Assembly (NCBI GenBank): GCA_030704615.1
Contig: CM060733.1
Span: 31,930,001 to 31,994,000 of the forward strand
Source: Takakia lepidozioides
Taxonomy: Eukaryota; Plantae; Bryophyta
Length of the DNA stretch: 64,000 nucleotides
Direction of reading: 5' to 3'
Of the stretch, positions 48,952 to 62,850 are shown piece after piece (the stretch's first letter is position 1; every line of letters begins with the position of its first letter). The translations under genes were made by a program, and so were the position numbers. The notes beneath the pieces are model-generated. The model did not search any database and had not been told where the DNA came from. It saw only the letters and a program-made list of their open reading frames with translations.

Positions 48952-51900
48952 ATGTATACAACGAGAGCGGGGTTTCGGCTAACAGCTCAACGACTCCGTG
49001 TGCGCAGGAAAGATGAGAAACTGTGGCGACTAGAGGAGGCGCATGCCATTGCACAAGGGCACCGCAAAATATTGTGCAACTGCAAAATATGCCATGGAGG
49101 GATCTCGCAGTTTCTACCGATGGCCAAAAAACACCTAACAAAGTATGGGAGGGACCCAAACCTTCGACAGTGTACAGTCCCGGTACGCCTTGCACGACGC
49201 ACGCACTCTGACATGCTCGCAGCACGCCCGCGCATGTCCGCATTTTGGACAGTCGTGGGAGTGACTGGAGTCCGAACTACGTGTCGTTCTTCCGTTGGAT
49301 GTATTGGAGTCATGGAGTCGTAGTGATGGAGTCATGTAGTCGGTAGTGCGTCAGAGTAGTCATGTCCATGACTTCATGACCGTGGATCATGGACATTTCA
49401 ACTACGTGGTGTTCTTCCATTGGTTGTACTGGAGTCATGTAGTCAGGGTCATGACTACATGGTCGTTGTTGACTGCCATGTGTGAAGGCAATATGCATTT
49501 TGGGCTTTTGGCAGTTTGTTGCCATGTGTCATGCCTTCAACGCACTGCCCACTTGGGCATATTTGTTGAGAGCTTTCACTTTGTTGGTCTGTGCAGATAG
49601 CTGTCTGTATGTGGGGATGTCTCCCTCTATCACAGAGGGTATGTTTGTTTTGTTTTTCGATGAAAACTGTGTTCCTACTTTGCCGTATTATATGAGAGTA
49701 GTTTTCATTTGTGTTTGTGTCTGAGCTCCACAAGCTGCTTCGAAATGAAGTCTGTGGCCGACCAATTTCGTCTCCTGATTCGCAAGTGCGGGGGAGACTT
49801 GTAGCATTCACCTGTATTGAACTAGTGCAATTCTACAAAGTGTTTGCTTACATGACAGTGTTTAAATGAAATTTCATAATCTGGGAGTTTTGAAAAAAGC
49901 CTGTTCATCGTATCCCAATTTATGATTTCATTTGCGTTCACAGGGCTACATTACATCCGACTCTGAAGTGGAGGCTGAATGTAGCCTAGAGAGTGTTGCA
50001 AACGACGTCAATTTGGATGGACAAGACGGCAATGGGCTACGGGGCCAGATTGCCCGTGCTGTGCAAGATGCATTTGAAATATCAGATACCCTCCGGGAGA
50101 ATCCCACACCTGCCCCAAATGCCCTTCACTTGGACAATGATGAGGCTGTTGAGAATGGCGCAAATCCCTCTGAAATGCCTGATGGGGAAAATATGGGCGG
50201 AGAAGAAGCAGGCGCGCCAAATGATCTTCACCATGGAAAACTCATGCGAGAGTCCCAAATCCCCTTATACGATGGGAGCGTTCACAACCGATTGACTGCC
50301 ACATTGATGTTGCTCAATTCTTGCGCCACTCACAGATGTACCAACGCATTTGTGGATGAGTTATTTTCATTGTTGAGGCTGGAGATTTTGCCCAAACAAA
50401 ACACCTTGCCGAAATCGCAGTATGAGGCCAAAAATATGATCGCCATGATGGGTCTAGGATACAAACAGATCCATGCCTGTGAGCGTGGATGTGTATTGTT
50501 TCGTGGAGACCTCAAAAAGGCTGCTAATTGCCCCAAGTGCCATAGTCGTCGATACATGGACGGCCGTGGGAAGGTGCCCAAGAAGGTGTTGCGATACTTT
50601 CCTCTCATACCTAGATTGAAACGGATGTTTCGAGTTAAGACGCTGGCAGAGCTCATGAAGTGGCACAACAATCATAGAAGTGCAGATGGCATGGTCCGGC
50701 ATGCTGCAGACAGTAAGGCTTGGTGCCATATTGACAACACATGGCCGGATTTTGCTTCAGATCCAAGAAATCTGCGTCTTGGATTGGCACTGGATGGGGT
50801 CAATCCTTATGGCACCAAATCCACTTCTTGGTCCACCTGGCCCATCATGGTGCTCAATTATAATCTACCTCCATGGTTGGTAACGAAGAATTTTTTGTCA
50901 TGTTAACACTCCTCATTCCTGGAAAGGAATCTGTGACAAGTGAAAATGTGGATGTTTACCTGCAACCACTAGTGGAGGAGCTAACGACATTGTGGGTGGG
51001 AGTTGCAGCCGTGGATGTGGCAGCCATTGAAGGAGAGCGGGCTTTTAACATGCGTGCAGTCCTCATGTGGTCCATACATGACTTCCCCGCCTATGGCTTG
51101 TTATCAGGTCAGGTTCACCAAGGGTACTGTGCTTGTCCAGCATGTGGACCTCAAGTCGATTCCAGATATTCCCCAGCTTGTAAGAAATTGATATTCCAGG
51201 GGCATCGACGCTATCTTCCCCACAATCATGCCTATAGAAGATCCAGACTTTTTAATGGGGCGCGAGACATGAGACCTGCTCCACATACAGTGACAGCCAC
51301 CGAAATCAAGGAGCGTGCACGACATTACAAACAATGGATTGATGATGGTGGGACTGTAGGCGCACAGAACGATCCCTCCAAGCTCCATGGCGTAAAACGA
51401 TTGTCCATTCTGTTTGACTTGCCTTACTGGGAGGTGCGATTACCACACATGTGTTTTGGGAACAAAACAGTGCATTGGTTTTTCATTGTGCATGATTGTT
51501 TGTTTACTGAACCTGTGCTGTAAACATCATTCATGACTGCATTGCAATGTGCCTAATTTGTTAGACCACATGGTGCAGCATCTTATCATCCGCCACACTT
51601 TTGATACCATGCATTGCGAGAAGAACGTGACGGAGAACATAATCAAGACTATTTTCGGCGAGAAGGACACGATGCAAGTTCGCCGCGATATGGAATTGCA
51701 GGGCATTCGAAAGCCTCTTTGGTTACGACGCCATCCCACCAGAGTGGATACATTGGTAATGCCTGATGCGCCATATGTGCTCACAAAACCAGAGCAGCGG
51801 GTGTTCCTGGAGATTATCACGAATCTGAAAGTACCCACTGGCTATGCCTCTGCTTTCAAAAAACATGTGGTCAAACAAAAGTTGAGCCAATTGAAGTCAC

Positions 51901-53485
51901 ATGATTATCACGTGCTAATGCAACAGATCCTCCCACTTGCTCTACGTGGGTTGATGGCGCCTGGGGTTCGCAATGCCATACTAAGAGTGTCCCGTGTGTT
52001 TCGCAAGCTTTGTGCAAAATTCATTGATCCCACCGAGCATGAGGAATTGAAGAAGGAGGTGGCAGTGACTCTTTGTCTTCTGGAGAAAGAGTTCCCACCC
52101 TCATTTTTTGATGTTATGACACATTTACTTATCCACTTGGTGGATGAGGTGGATTTGTGTGGACCTGTAGCTTCTCGGTGGATGTACCCGGTGGAGAGAG
52201 CAATGAAGGATTTTAAAGGGTATGTGCGAAACTTGGCGAAGCCTGAGGGCAGTATGGCGGAGGGCTACGTGTTTGACGAGGCATTGGGATTTTGTACAGA
52301 GTACTTGTCTTCTGTTGATGCTACTAGGCGGAGAGTGTGGGATGCAGGAGAGGAGGAATCAGTGTCGGGCTGGGTATTGGAAGGAGTTGGTCGACCACGG
52401 AGGTTGACCCTCGAATTGTTGCAGCTTGTCCACGACTACGTCATTCACAACCATCCCAGTTTGAGCATTATGTTGGGGTAAGTGGCAAACGTTCTGGTAC
52501 CTGCTATGCATGGGTATGCTTTGTATAGGTGTGTGTGCAGTAGTTCTTCCATCGGCTGCAGGGGTTGCACTAGATAAATTTCTGTGGTTGTGCGTGTGTT
52601 GGCAGGTCCTATGAGGTGGAGAAATGCAGGTTGGAGACTGAAAATGCTACTAACCAGAACAAGATCCGTGCTCTCCCTCACTTTGCAGAATGGCTGGTAA
52701 AAGCAGTCCGCCAGCATGTGTCAAGTGTTGCCAACCATGCTACTGATTCAGCCTGCAAGGAATTGTTGGACATGTCCAAACCCCCATCAGTAATCGCAAC
52801 ATCATACAAGAGCATGTCGGCTTATGGAAACCACTTCAGGGTTACTTCAGATGGACTCAACAGCCCCTTTGTGACATATGACTCGGGGGTCTCTACTGTT
52901 TTCCAGCATGACAGTACTTGCATTGACCGTGAGCAGGTGGTGGAAAGCGTACGGTATGTGGGTGTCATAAAGGAGATTTTAGAATTGGATTATGGCTCCA
53001 CAAACACCACGGTGCTATTGTGTTCATGGGTACGTGCACGACGTGTGGGCTCTCAGCCTGTGTCAATGAAGCAGGACGAGTCTGGCTTCACATTGGTGAA
53101 TTTCTCCCACTTGTTGCCTCCACTTGAACAGCCTTTTGTGCTCCCATCACAGGTCGAGCAAGTTTTTTTCTCTGAGTGTGTGAATGAACCGAGATGGAAC
53201 GTGGTGCTGGAAAAAAACCCCAGGTCACGCAGGGCTGTTTCTGATGTGAGCATTTGCAACGATGATATTGCAAGTGTATCAGGCCTCTTAGCCCCCAATC
53301 ACATTGAAGAGACCAATGTTGCTAGTGACAGGGTGGGCCAGACCATCCAAGTGACACCTGAAGAGGTTGCTTCACTTTACAGAGACATGCGATCTGAGGA
53401 AGCACATCCATGTCCCACGGAGGACAGTTGCGATGGAGATTCAGAGTCCAGTGATGAGGAGTTGGTTGATGTGGATGTGTACTAG
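48952..53485 (+). CDS. CACTA TnpD transposase (transposase-associated, Transposase_21, DUF4218 and DUF4216-type regions); single -1 frameshift at the T6 run 50891-50896
   Basis: Phase-consistent exons 48952-49182, 49944-51433, 51579-52477 and 52606-53485. Motifs IHACERGC, LRYFPLIPRLKRMF, RNLRLGLALDGVNP, YNLPPW, DTMHCEKN, LKSHDYH, FPPSFFDVMTHL and RWMYPVER. Confidence 0.95.
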
Positions 53486-55163
53486 TACCTAGAATGAGGT
53501 ATGACTTTCCCCCCAACTGCCTTCCTCTATCTCAAGTATATGAAGGGTGGTATTGGGCAAAATTGAATATGTAATCCCGGTTGATTCATGAATAATGTGG
53601 GATTCATAAGACTGGCACTAAGGGTTGCCCTTGGGGGTGTCCTTTTTGCAGGGTGTTGGAGGTGTCCAACTTACATGGCGTGTCTGTCTGGCAACGTGTC
53701 ATGACATTTATGTCACTATAGACTTTGGAACGGCATGCAAATTTACACATCAGTTCTGCCTTTGGGTACATTGTTGACAAAGTGCATGTGCCTTCCAGTT
53801 TACATTACATAATTGCCCCAGTGATTTTGTGGGTCTTATATTGGGCAGGCTCGTGTTTATGGACCATTGAATACCAATGGAGTGCTTTTAAGCTTGGTCC
53901 CTACTTATCATATTTTCATTTTTCCCCAAAAGAATCTGGCAATCCGCATAGATGATGCTCTGGCTGGTTGAGTGGGTTATTTGCGTAGATGCATTTTATG
54001 GGCAGTTTCTCTCATGCCCCAGCTAACACCATGTGACTCACTTGTATAGTCCCCCATCTGTGAATGGCTCAAGCAGGGTGCAGTACATTCAACACTACAA
54101 TGTTGCTGCCCTGCAGGTGTTCCATGCCTTGCACCACATCATTATTCCCTGATGTCATCCTGCTGCTGTTCTAGCTTGGGGCAGGTCATTGGGGATATGT
54201 ACATTAGAGAGAACAACATGAGCTGTTATCTCAGTTGTTTTATCATACAAGAAGCTGAATTCATGGGCTCTCCCATTCTTAGAAAACCCCCCCATGGCAA
54301 AGTGGGTGGATCGGAACAGACCGTATTGCCAAGCTTCTATTCCAGTAGCACACGGCGTGGAGCTCCGGGATGGCCTACTACAGGGACGACATGCACAAGG
54401 CGATATGTTAGAGTGTATTGGATTTCATATTTTGTTGGTGTTCTTGGTCACTGCCCAAAGACTTTTGTTGAGCCCATGTTTTGCATCACTCTCATGAGTG
54501 AATTTTTTGATTTGCATGAATTTATCTATCCCCTGAATGCATCATTTGTTCGTCTGTCATTCCGCAGTATGAGGCTTGCTTTTGATGTTGTCGGCGATCA
54601 ACAAACACTAAAATGCACGCCGCCATTTGAACGTAACGTCACAAACAGATGCGGTTCCAGATCGCCTCTCTAGCATGTTGGCTTCACGTTCCATTCTTCT
54701 CCACAAAGCGCCAACGGCCTACTAAGCTGCTTCGTGTGCAACCGTTCCCTTCACTTGCATCCCCCGCACCACAATATCAAAGCCACTTAACCAATCATAT
54801 GTAGACACCTCATAAGTTGTTCCATGTCACAGACTCTCCATGTCATGACGACATGTGATGATCTGGCAGAATACATTAGAGTGGCAGTCATGAAGTCATA
54901 TGTCCGTCTAGCAATATGCACACGTCATTCACGTATGGGCATGACCCTGACTGGTAGTCATATCCACCATGGCAATATTCCTGGTCAAAGGGTGTTTGAC
55001 CTGTGTTGCGCAAAGTTCGGAGTCATACAGTCGCATAACCGGCTTCGTCGTGATCTATGTTATGACTTCAAAAGGCATTTACGACTGCAAATGGCATTTC
55101 TGCCACAAATTGGTCGTGACTGCGCACCCATGGGAGTCATAAAAGCCGCAATCTGTTGTAGTG

Positions 55164-56380
55164 CAAGGATTACTACAGGAGAACCAGCCACGGGGGTAGA
55201 GGATCAACTTCCCGATGCATTTCTGTTTGCTGTTCAACCATAAGCACCAGATGAAGAGACAAATCCTATAAATGCTCTGGGAATGTTTCAAGGAGACTAT
55301 GACCTTCCAGATGCTCTCAAACTCATGGACGACACGGATGAAGATGAAGATTCATCCGATGAAGATGAACCTCTTGATGAAGGACTTATTATTGAAGAAG
55401 AGCCAGATCCACAAGAAGAAGATGACAAGGAAAACGAAGAAACAAACAATCAAGAATTGGCCAATATCAGTATTGGAGCTTATACAGTCACCAAAGAAGA
55501 ATCAGAAGATATTCAGGATCAAAATCAAGATGATTGGCAATGGCCAATCAAATACTATCTGAACACAGGGAAATTTCCTGAAGGTTACACCAAAGATGAT
55601 AGGAGGAAGCTTTCAATGAAAACAAGCCATACACATTAATCAAAGGGATTTTGTACAAAAGAGGAATTGACTCCACAATGAGAAGATGTGTAAACAAAGA
55701 CCAAGCCAAAACAATAATGCAAGAACTACACGAAGGAATTGCAAGTGGACACTTTAGTTCGGACCTGACAACCAAGAAAATATTACTAGCAGGCTACTGG
55801 TGGCCTACTATATTTGGAGATACTTATGAACACTATCAACAGTGTGATGTCTGCCAGAGGATGGGACCAGTAGAACGAACGGGAAAGGAGACTCTGCACC
55901 GAATACTACCAACAGAACCATTTCAGCGCTGGGGGCTAGACTTCGTGGGACCCATTAAACCTCCACCAAGGTACACACAAAACCAATACATCCTCACAGC
56001 CACTGACTACACTACCAAATGGGTAGAGGCCAAGGCACTAAGAGACAACACTGCCAGATCAACAGCCAAATTCTTATATGAAAACATCATCACACGATTT
56101 GGTTGCCCACTGGAATTCGTCAGTGATCAGGGATCACACTTCATAAATGATGCTATAAAATGCTTGACGGAGGAGTTCATGATTGTACATCACAAGAGTA
56201 CTGCTTACTATCCTCAAGGAAACGGTTAGGCTGAATCTACCAACAAAATATTATGCACTATCTTAACCAAGATAGTAAATGCCAATCGTACAGATTGGGA
56301 CACCAAATTGAACACATCACTATGGGCATTCAGGACATCATACAAGGTGACCACGAAGCATACACCATTTCAACTGATGT
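55164..56380 (+). pseudogene. Gypsy integrase (H2C2 plus DDE core), continuing pol after the CACTA insertion
   Basis: [36 protein letters not shown] and YYPQGNG*AE; breaks off at TPFQL. Confidence 0.93.
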
Positions 56381-56949
56381 GGACAAGAGGGGGGGTACTG
56401 GCCTCAGGGGGCAGACGAGCCCTCCGGCTGCGGCTGTCGACGGGGCTGGTTAGCCGTGAGACGCCCTGGCGCGTCACACGTGCCGGCAGAGCAAACGGAT
56501 TGTCCGTCCCTTTCTTTGGGGCAGGGGACTTCTTATCTTTCCCCATAAGCTGGCACCTGTCATGCAAACCCACAAGTTGGCCTCATTAGGAACATTCCAG
56601 ATAAAAAAACCAAGCATGTCGGGGGCTGAGAGCAACAAGTGCTCGGGGTCTCGAGAGGGGGCAACAAAGAGAAAAGAAAAAGGTGGGGGGGGGAAGTGAC
56701 TGAGCACCACCACCAGCTGTTGAGCACCACGGGCTCAATCACTCCCCCCCCCCATTTTTTTTTTCTTGGTTTCCCTCTCTCTCCCTCTCTCTCCCTCTGG
56801 ACACTGGGCTTATGGAATTGTTGTCCCGACTTCCATCCTTGAGGAAATTGAAACAAATTGCAAAATTTGGTTGCAGGGAATTTTGGATGTTCTTTATCCA
56901 ATTTTTTTTTTTAACTATATTTTTTAGTGAAATATTTCTTCACTAAAAA

Positions 56950-57257
56950 ACCTGTGAAACTCCCGTCAGTTTCTACTTTTTCAATCCAACCTAGATGAAA
57001 AAACGACTTCATCTGACAGGACCTAAATACAGGGCAAGACAATTTTTTTTATAAAAAATCCCCCATGTTTTTCATCTAACCTAGATGAAATACGGGATAC
57101 ATCCGTTGAGTGCAAGACAGGATGAAAGCACAATGTCTTTCATCTTCCACGAATGAAAAACGGACAACGTCCGTCGGACGGACAGATTGACGGATGTTTT
57201 TCATCCTGAGAAGGATGGATGACGGGCCAGACAGGGGAAAACCCTGCGCAACCCTAA
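56950..57257. repeat. GATGAAA/TTTCATC-rich subterminal remnant ending in GCAACCCTA (hAT-like terminus)
   Basis: Repeated (G)GATGAAA in both orientations, with a similar 85-bp patch at 61213-61298 starting TAGGGTTG. No TSD found. Confidence 0.4.
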
Positions 57258-59162
57258 TGTCTTTCTTTTGCGCTGTGAGAGCGCGCGCGATGGCGGCTTG
57301 TGAGGAGCGATGGTGCTCGTGCTGCAGATACCTTGAGCTGCCAATCGTTGAGTGTTTATGGCTCCTGTGAGCGACGCCTAGGCGAGCTCTTTAAGGTGAT
57401 GGCGGTGGCTTAGAGATGAGGGAAGACTCCCTGTCTCAGTTGTTTGTTTTTTGCTGCACAAGGGAACCACGGCAGTGATGGCGGAGGCACCACCTGCATG
57501 CCTATGACGTTTCCCTAAGAGCCCTCCTCTGGATCTTTGATGAATGGCGACACAAGGAAGTCTCTCTCCCTCCTTTTATAAACCCTATCTTTTGAAACCA
57601 AGCTCTTTTTTTCTTGTGTTTGGCAAGATCTTGCTTTGGTTAAGGTAGCAGTGTTGTGGTGCTGGCGGAGTCTTCCCTGCACAGTTAGGCTTGTGGAGAG
57701 ATGGCGACTCTCCCCCAAACAGTAAAAAAAATTCTTTTTCTATTGATTTTGCTTCCTTGTTCCCTGCGCTTAGATTGAAGTGTATTTGACCTCGATAGCA
57801 AGTGTGGAAGCCTGCTACTCACCTCGTGCATCCTCACTAACTCACAATGCGTTGTGGTTGTTTTTGGGACGGGCACAGGTGAGGACTTCCACTTAATATT
57901 CTGATGTCTAGGTGCTGCTGGATGCCAAGTGGGATTGCAGAGCAGGGGAAGGAATCGTTTGCCAGGGACTCATCCTAAAATGTTGAAAAACTAAACTTCT
58001 CTATGGCTTTTCTTGATCCTGCCTCTTTCCTTTCTTGATTTTTAAAGAACAAATGTAATGTTTTCTACGATGGGCTAGTTCGGCCCAGCTAATGGAAAAC
58101 CTCTGTTATGATGTGACAACCGGGTTTATGATGGCTTGTGTGAGAGACACACATCTGTTTTCCAGGCCCTAGTTTGCTTTGCTTACCTTATGGTAGTTGG
58201 AAACAAATTGAGAGGCTGCAAGGAACTGTTTTCTGCAGCTACTCGGGTATCTCTGTTGATAAAAGACCCCTGTTATGTTCCAACCCAGATGGCTTTGATT
58301 AGCTAGATGTTTAGGCCAGGGTATGGTGAAGTTTTTGTCTGTGGCTATTCGGCTGACATTGAAATATGGCAGTAATATAAATGGTAACTGGTTTTTGAGG
58401 CAGCCAGGGTGGTCGGGTGGAAATACCCCTTGGACATGGTGTAATGACATGGTCAAATGTGGAATGATGTGAAGGGTGTACTGACAGTACCATATACTGT
58501 CACAGGATGTGTATGCAGTCCTTTATATTTACCTTGTTTTGTCATGAGCTTTGATTTTCAGCTGTAGCAAGAAATAAAGGTATAGGGGTGTTCTGGAAAA
58601 CTTACCAAACATATCCACATCCCCTGTGGGGGCAATTTGTACTGCACACCAGTCTAAACAAATACTGGCAAGGCAAGATATTTAAATCTGTGATATCCAA
58701 GTGTTCATTTCTTTTTTAAGAAAACCCTCCATGACACCCATGGGGTTTTAGTAAGTATGCTTGGATTACAGCTTGCAGACAGTAAATCTGTATGACTATG
58801 TGACCTGCACCACATCAAGGCCAAAATATGGCCAAGTACCCGCCATCCCACCTGGACCTATGTAAGTGTATCATGATCTTGACTGGTGGTCGATCAGCAT
58901 CAATGGCATACTCTTTGGATTATGAATCATACTGACATGAACACATTACTGTGCATGGATGTAATTCTGGATTTTCTAAGCTTGATGATTGATGGATGGT
59001 ACCACTGTTAAGTGGCTGATATGTCTATTTATTCTTTCATGACAACAACCCTAGGGGTCCTGTCTTTGTCTTGACATGACAAAAAGTATCTTCCCTCTTT
59101 TTTTTGCTGTTCACAAAAGTAAACAAACCACAAGGGAGAGAGGGTGCAGAAAAAGTTAGAAG

Positions 59163-59830
59163 ATTGTACTCATAAGACGTTGTTTGTCGTAGCCTTGTGG
59201 CCATTGACCCCGCGCCCAGTTTGAGCGGAAACAAAAGGGACAGAACTTGCCTCTATCAAGGGCTGACGTTGGTAGTAAGACTTACCTTCATATATAGAAT
59301 TAATCTGGGTTTATATCCTCTAGAAATCCCTTCACACAAGCACCAAACTGATGTGTGTGATTTGCCCAATAACTAGGCCTCAGGAGGGCCTGGGCTTTTG
59401 GCTCAGCCTTGAGACTTTCAAAGTTGGTAAACAGAGGTACAGGCACAATTCCCTTGATAGATTTGAAGAGAGCGCCCGGACAGTGTATCAAAAAATGAGT
59501 ATTGTCTTCAGATTGCCCACACAACGGGCAATTGCACTCTCTCTTTCCTCTCTGTTTTTGTTTGCTGTTCAAAGGTAGGCTTCCTGCCCTGAGTTTAAAT
59601 TTCAGTCTAGTGCCGAGAGTGGGTAGACCCTTGAGGTCATCCAAGATGTCCTCCCCATGTCAAGTTCACGGAAGTTTTCTGCCTAACTTCATTTTCATCA
59701 GACAATCTCATGGCAACAGACATGGCTTTGGACATTACAACCTTTAAGTCAGATTTATCAACCCATATTGCAGATCCGTACTCCAAGGCAGGTCTAATAA
59801 TGCGACAAAGCATGGTTTTCTTAACCTCAG
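59163..59830 (-). mobile_element. LINE 3' end, copy 3 (same family as 44583-46356)
   Basis: DDLKGLPTLGTRLKFKLRAGSLPLN..CPLCGQSEDNTHFLIHC; shares the TGAGTACAAT end. Confidence 0.82.
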
Positions 59831-61384
59831 AGTTGACCCCTCTGCAGAAATATACCAGCAGCTTACCAATTCAGCCATTAATTATGGCAGGTCATGCATC
59901 AGCCAAGGCATAAGGACCAGCCTGCACTTTGTCAGAATCTTAGTATGCCACCAAGCAGTCCAACTTGAGCCAGATGAAGTAGATTCCATATCATTTGCAT
60001 TCACCCCAAGACATGTGATCATACAAGGTATCAAGGGAAGGTGAATGTAGCCTGTCAGATTGCAGGTTCAAGACTTGTACCAACAAACAGCATGAACAGC
60101 CGAGATCCATCCTCTTTTGTATAAAAAAACAGCTGGCAGTTCATAGGCCTGATGTCATGACAGATCCAAAACAATAGGTAGGATTCCATTGCAGCTTACC
60201 ATCCTCATCCTTCAAGAGTTCCATGCTAAGACATGCAAAGAACACCTTACTACGATCCAGTACACATCAGCAGTAGGCCTGAGAAGGAGCATGGCAGTAC
60301 CCTACCAGGCTGCCGCCTTAAACTTCAAGGCCATCAGATCCATAGTTACCCAAAACCGCCAAAAACATACCACCAAAAACCAGATCCTCTTTGGCCAAAA
60401 TAACTTACAACCTAGCTTAGTAATCCACGGGCTTTGCTGTCAAAGATTAAAAGGTAGGGTATGGTTTGTATGCAAGCCTCAGGAAACAAGCTCGTCAGGC
60501 CGAGCTGCGCATCGGTGGCAGAACAACAAAGGCCAGAACGCAGGCTGTAGCATGTCAAGTCAAGGGCAGTTGGGTTGAAATCGGGGCTGCAGTCAGCAAC
60601 CACCTCACAGCGCGCAAACCCCTAGGTCTCCTCAGCCCATATCCCAATCTGCATGCTCAAGAAACTTCAAAGTAGGTGAGGATCCTCACCTGGTCCCATC
60701 ACAAGCCCCCACAAAAACCAACAGGTTAATGAGGATTGTGGAACCCCAGGTGAATCACAGACCCTCACACTTGTCATCGATGTCAACTAAGAAACTCAAA
60801 AGCAAGAGAAAGAGATAAGAACATGAGAATCCCTAAACTCCAAAGGCACCTTAAGCGATTGGGGAAGAGGGTTATGGGCCATCACCACCCGCAACAAGCC
60901 GCCTCCACAAAGCACATAAGCAATGAAGCAAAGCAGGCACAATCGCAAGGCACTAGAAAGGAGGGAGAGAACTTCCCATCATAAGCATCCTTGCTAAGCA
61001 CAGAAAAAGCCAGAGGATGGAAGATGCCATTGCTTTCATAGCGGTGTTTCCCGCTGCAAGAGAGACAAGGCGCCACCTTCGCGCTCCCCTAGGCGCTCGT
61101 CCAACATGGGTACGACACCACAAACAAGGCAGCCACCGAAGCACGCCCGCCATAACGCTCTCCTCGCGAACTCAGAAGCACATCGCGTGCTTCAAACAGC
61201 AGGAGAGACGACATAGGGTTGTCCCCCGATTATTCATCCGTGGATGAAAAACAGTAGGACGAATCCATATACCCTGACGGATTTCATCCGCAACAAGGTT
61301 AAAAATAGATTTTGGGGTAGGGGTAAGGGTTTCCACCGTAATTAATCATAATTAGGGGTAGTAATGATCAATTCCAGGCCATAA

Positions 61385-62850
61385 TCATATCATCCGGCCA
61401 GAGTGTCCACCCCTTTGGTAGAGGCCTCTTCCTCGTACCGGGGTGCCTCTTCCTTGGGGAGCGTATGTTTTTCCTTGCTGGTGAGGTGTCTGCCCCTCCA
61501 CACGCTGCCGCTTGTAGTTATTAAACTGAGGCTTGGGCTGGCTGTCCGTGAAAGTACCAGGTTTCAACATCCTTTCAATGTACCTGGCTGTCTTGGAATC
61601 ACCCAATCTGACAAGTAACTTAGCATTGGGGTCAGCTGCAAATTCACAAGCTGCCTCCATGATGAATTCTCGTATCATCTGGAAAGTGATTTGTGCCAGA
61701 ATGGCAGATCTGGCGGCCTTCATGATCCATACCAGAAAATTGTAATACTTGGTTTGAATAGAAGGGTATGTATCATCAGGGAAGAACACCGTCAGGTTAT
61801 TCAACATGTACCATGCCAAATGGTCAAACCAAGAAACACTTCCAACACAGCCAGATGATGCATTCCCAGACCCACAATTACATCGAATGTAAGGCCTATG
61901 CCAGTTAAACAGCTGACTTTTGTGATTCTTAGATCTGGCTGAACCAGTAGGTAAGTCATTCTTGGTTCGCAAGGTCAAGTTCTCACCTTGGTCACAAAGT
62001 TTATAGTAAAAGGTCCGTAGAGGCCATGCAAAGGCAATTGGCTCTTTTTTGAACCTTTGGAAGCTGTCTTTGGCATCTTGTGCACATCGGTTTCGTTCGG
62101 TTGGTGTTATGTTGCCCCATTTGACCCACAAATCAACCGAAATAGGGGCCATCAGATTGATGTTGGCCAATGGATGCCACATCATATGGTCATTATTGGC
62201 AACCTCAAGCTCAACTGCCCTAGGGGGTAACCGGGGACGAATTGCTGGTTACCTGGTGTAGCCCCTGCAACCCGATCCTGTTCCTCTTGAGAAAGCACGA
62301 CCTGATCAAAAAAGTCTTTTACAGCTTCCTTCTCTTCATCCGGTACGTCCATAAAACCCAAAATTGGGTGATTGCTCACTGTGGGTACAAATTCCTTTTC
62401 AACAGTGGTCGAGGACTTCTGGGTGGACACAAGTAAGGCATCTTCATTGTTAGCCAGCCGAAGGGCATCCTCAATCGAGGATCCTTTCTTTTCCCAAGCA
62501 GCAATCTCAGTTGCATCATCTTCCAATACTTCCAGTAACCTAGAATGGTATTTCTGGAGTTTTTCCAGCCACATCCCATTCTTGTTTACCATAATGCCAA
62601 GAGCAACCCAATCCTCCAAAGCTAGTGTTTCAAGTAATAAGACAAGTCGGTTATCACCGGCATCTTCAATAGCTTCAGATTCCAGCTTTTGTACAGCAGC
62701 ATGAAATTCACCTGATTTGACTTGTGCAAATGTGGCTTGTACTGCTGGAATAGGAGGGGGCAGGGGCAGCTGATATCCAAGGGCCTTAAGCTCATCTTTC
62801 CATTCAGATATGGCCTTGTTGGCTTTCTGCTAGGCCATACAAGCAACTAG
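61385..62850 (-). CDS. Unknown intronless protein of ~480 aa with one frameshift (~62220) and an RG-rich C-terminus
   Basis: ORFs 62619-62182 and 62185-61385 overlap, and the first frame is open upstream to ~62830. Composition is protein-like; no family recognised. Confidence 0.55.

Larger units (their letters stand above)
40776..55163. mobile_element. CACTA (En/Spm) DNA transposon, 14,388 bp, near intact
   Basis: TIRs CACTACAACAAAAAGCGGCTTTTA and CACTACAACAGATTGCGGCTTTTA (21/24); 3-bp TSD CAA at 40773-40775 and 55164-55166; ATGACT/AGTCAT subterminal repeats at both ends. Confidence 0.97.
35304..56380 (+). mobile_element. Ty3/Gypsy LTR retrotransposon, degenerate, split by a CACTA insertion and 3'-truncated inside integrase
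   Basis: Domain order gag-PR-RT-RH-INT. The ADHLS|RITTGE reading is restored when 40776-55166 is removed. Confidence 0.93.

Noticed and set aside
57260-61200. Host gene in the intron-like region
   Set aside because: No recognisable protein motifs or consistent exon chain apart from the LINE fragment.
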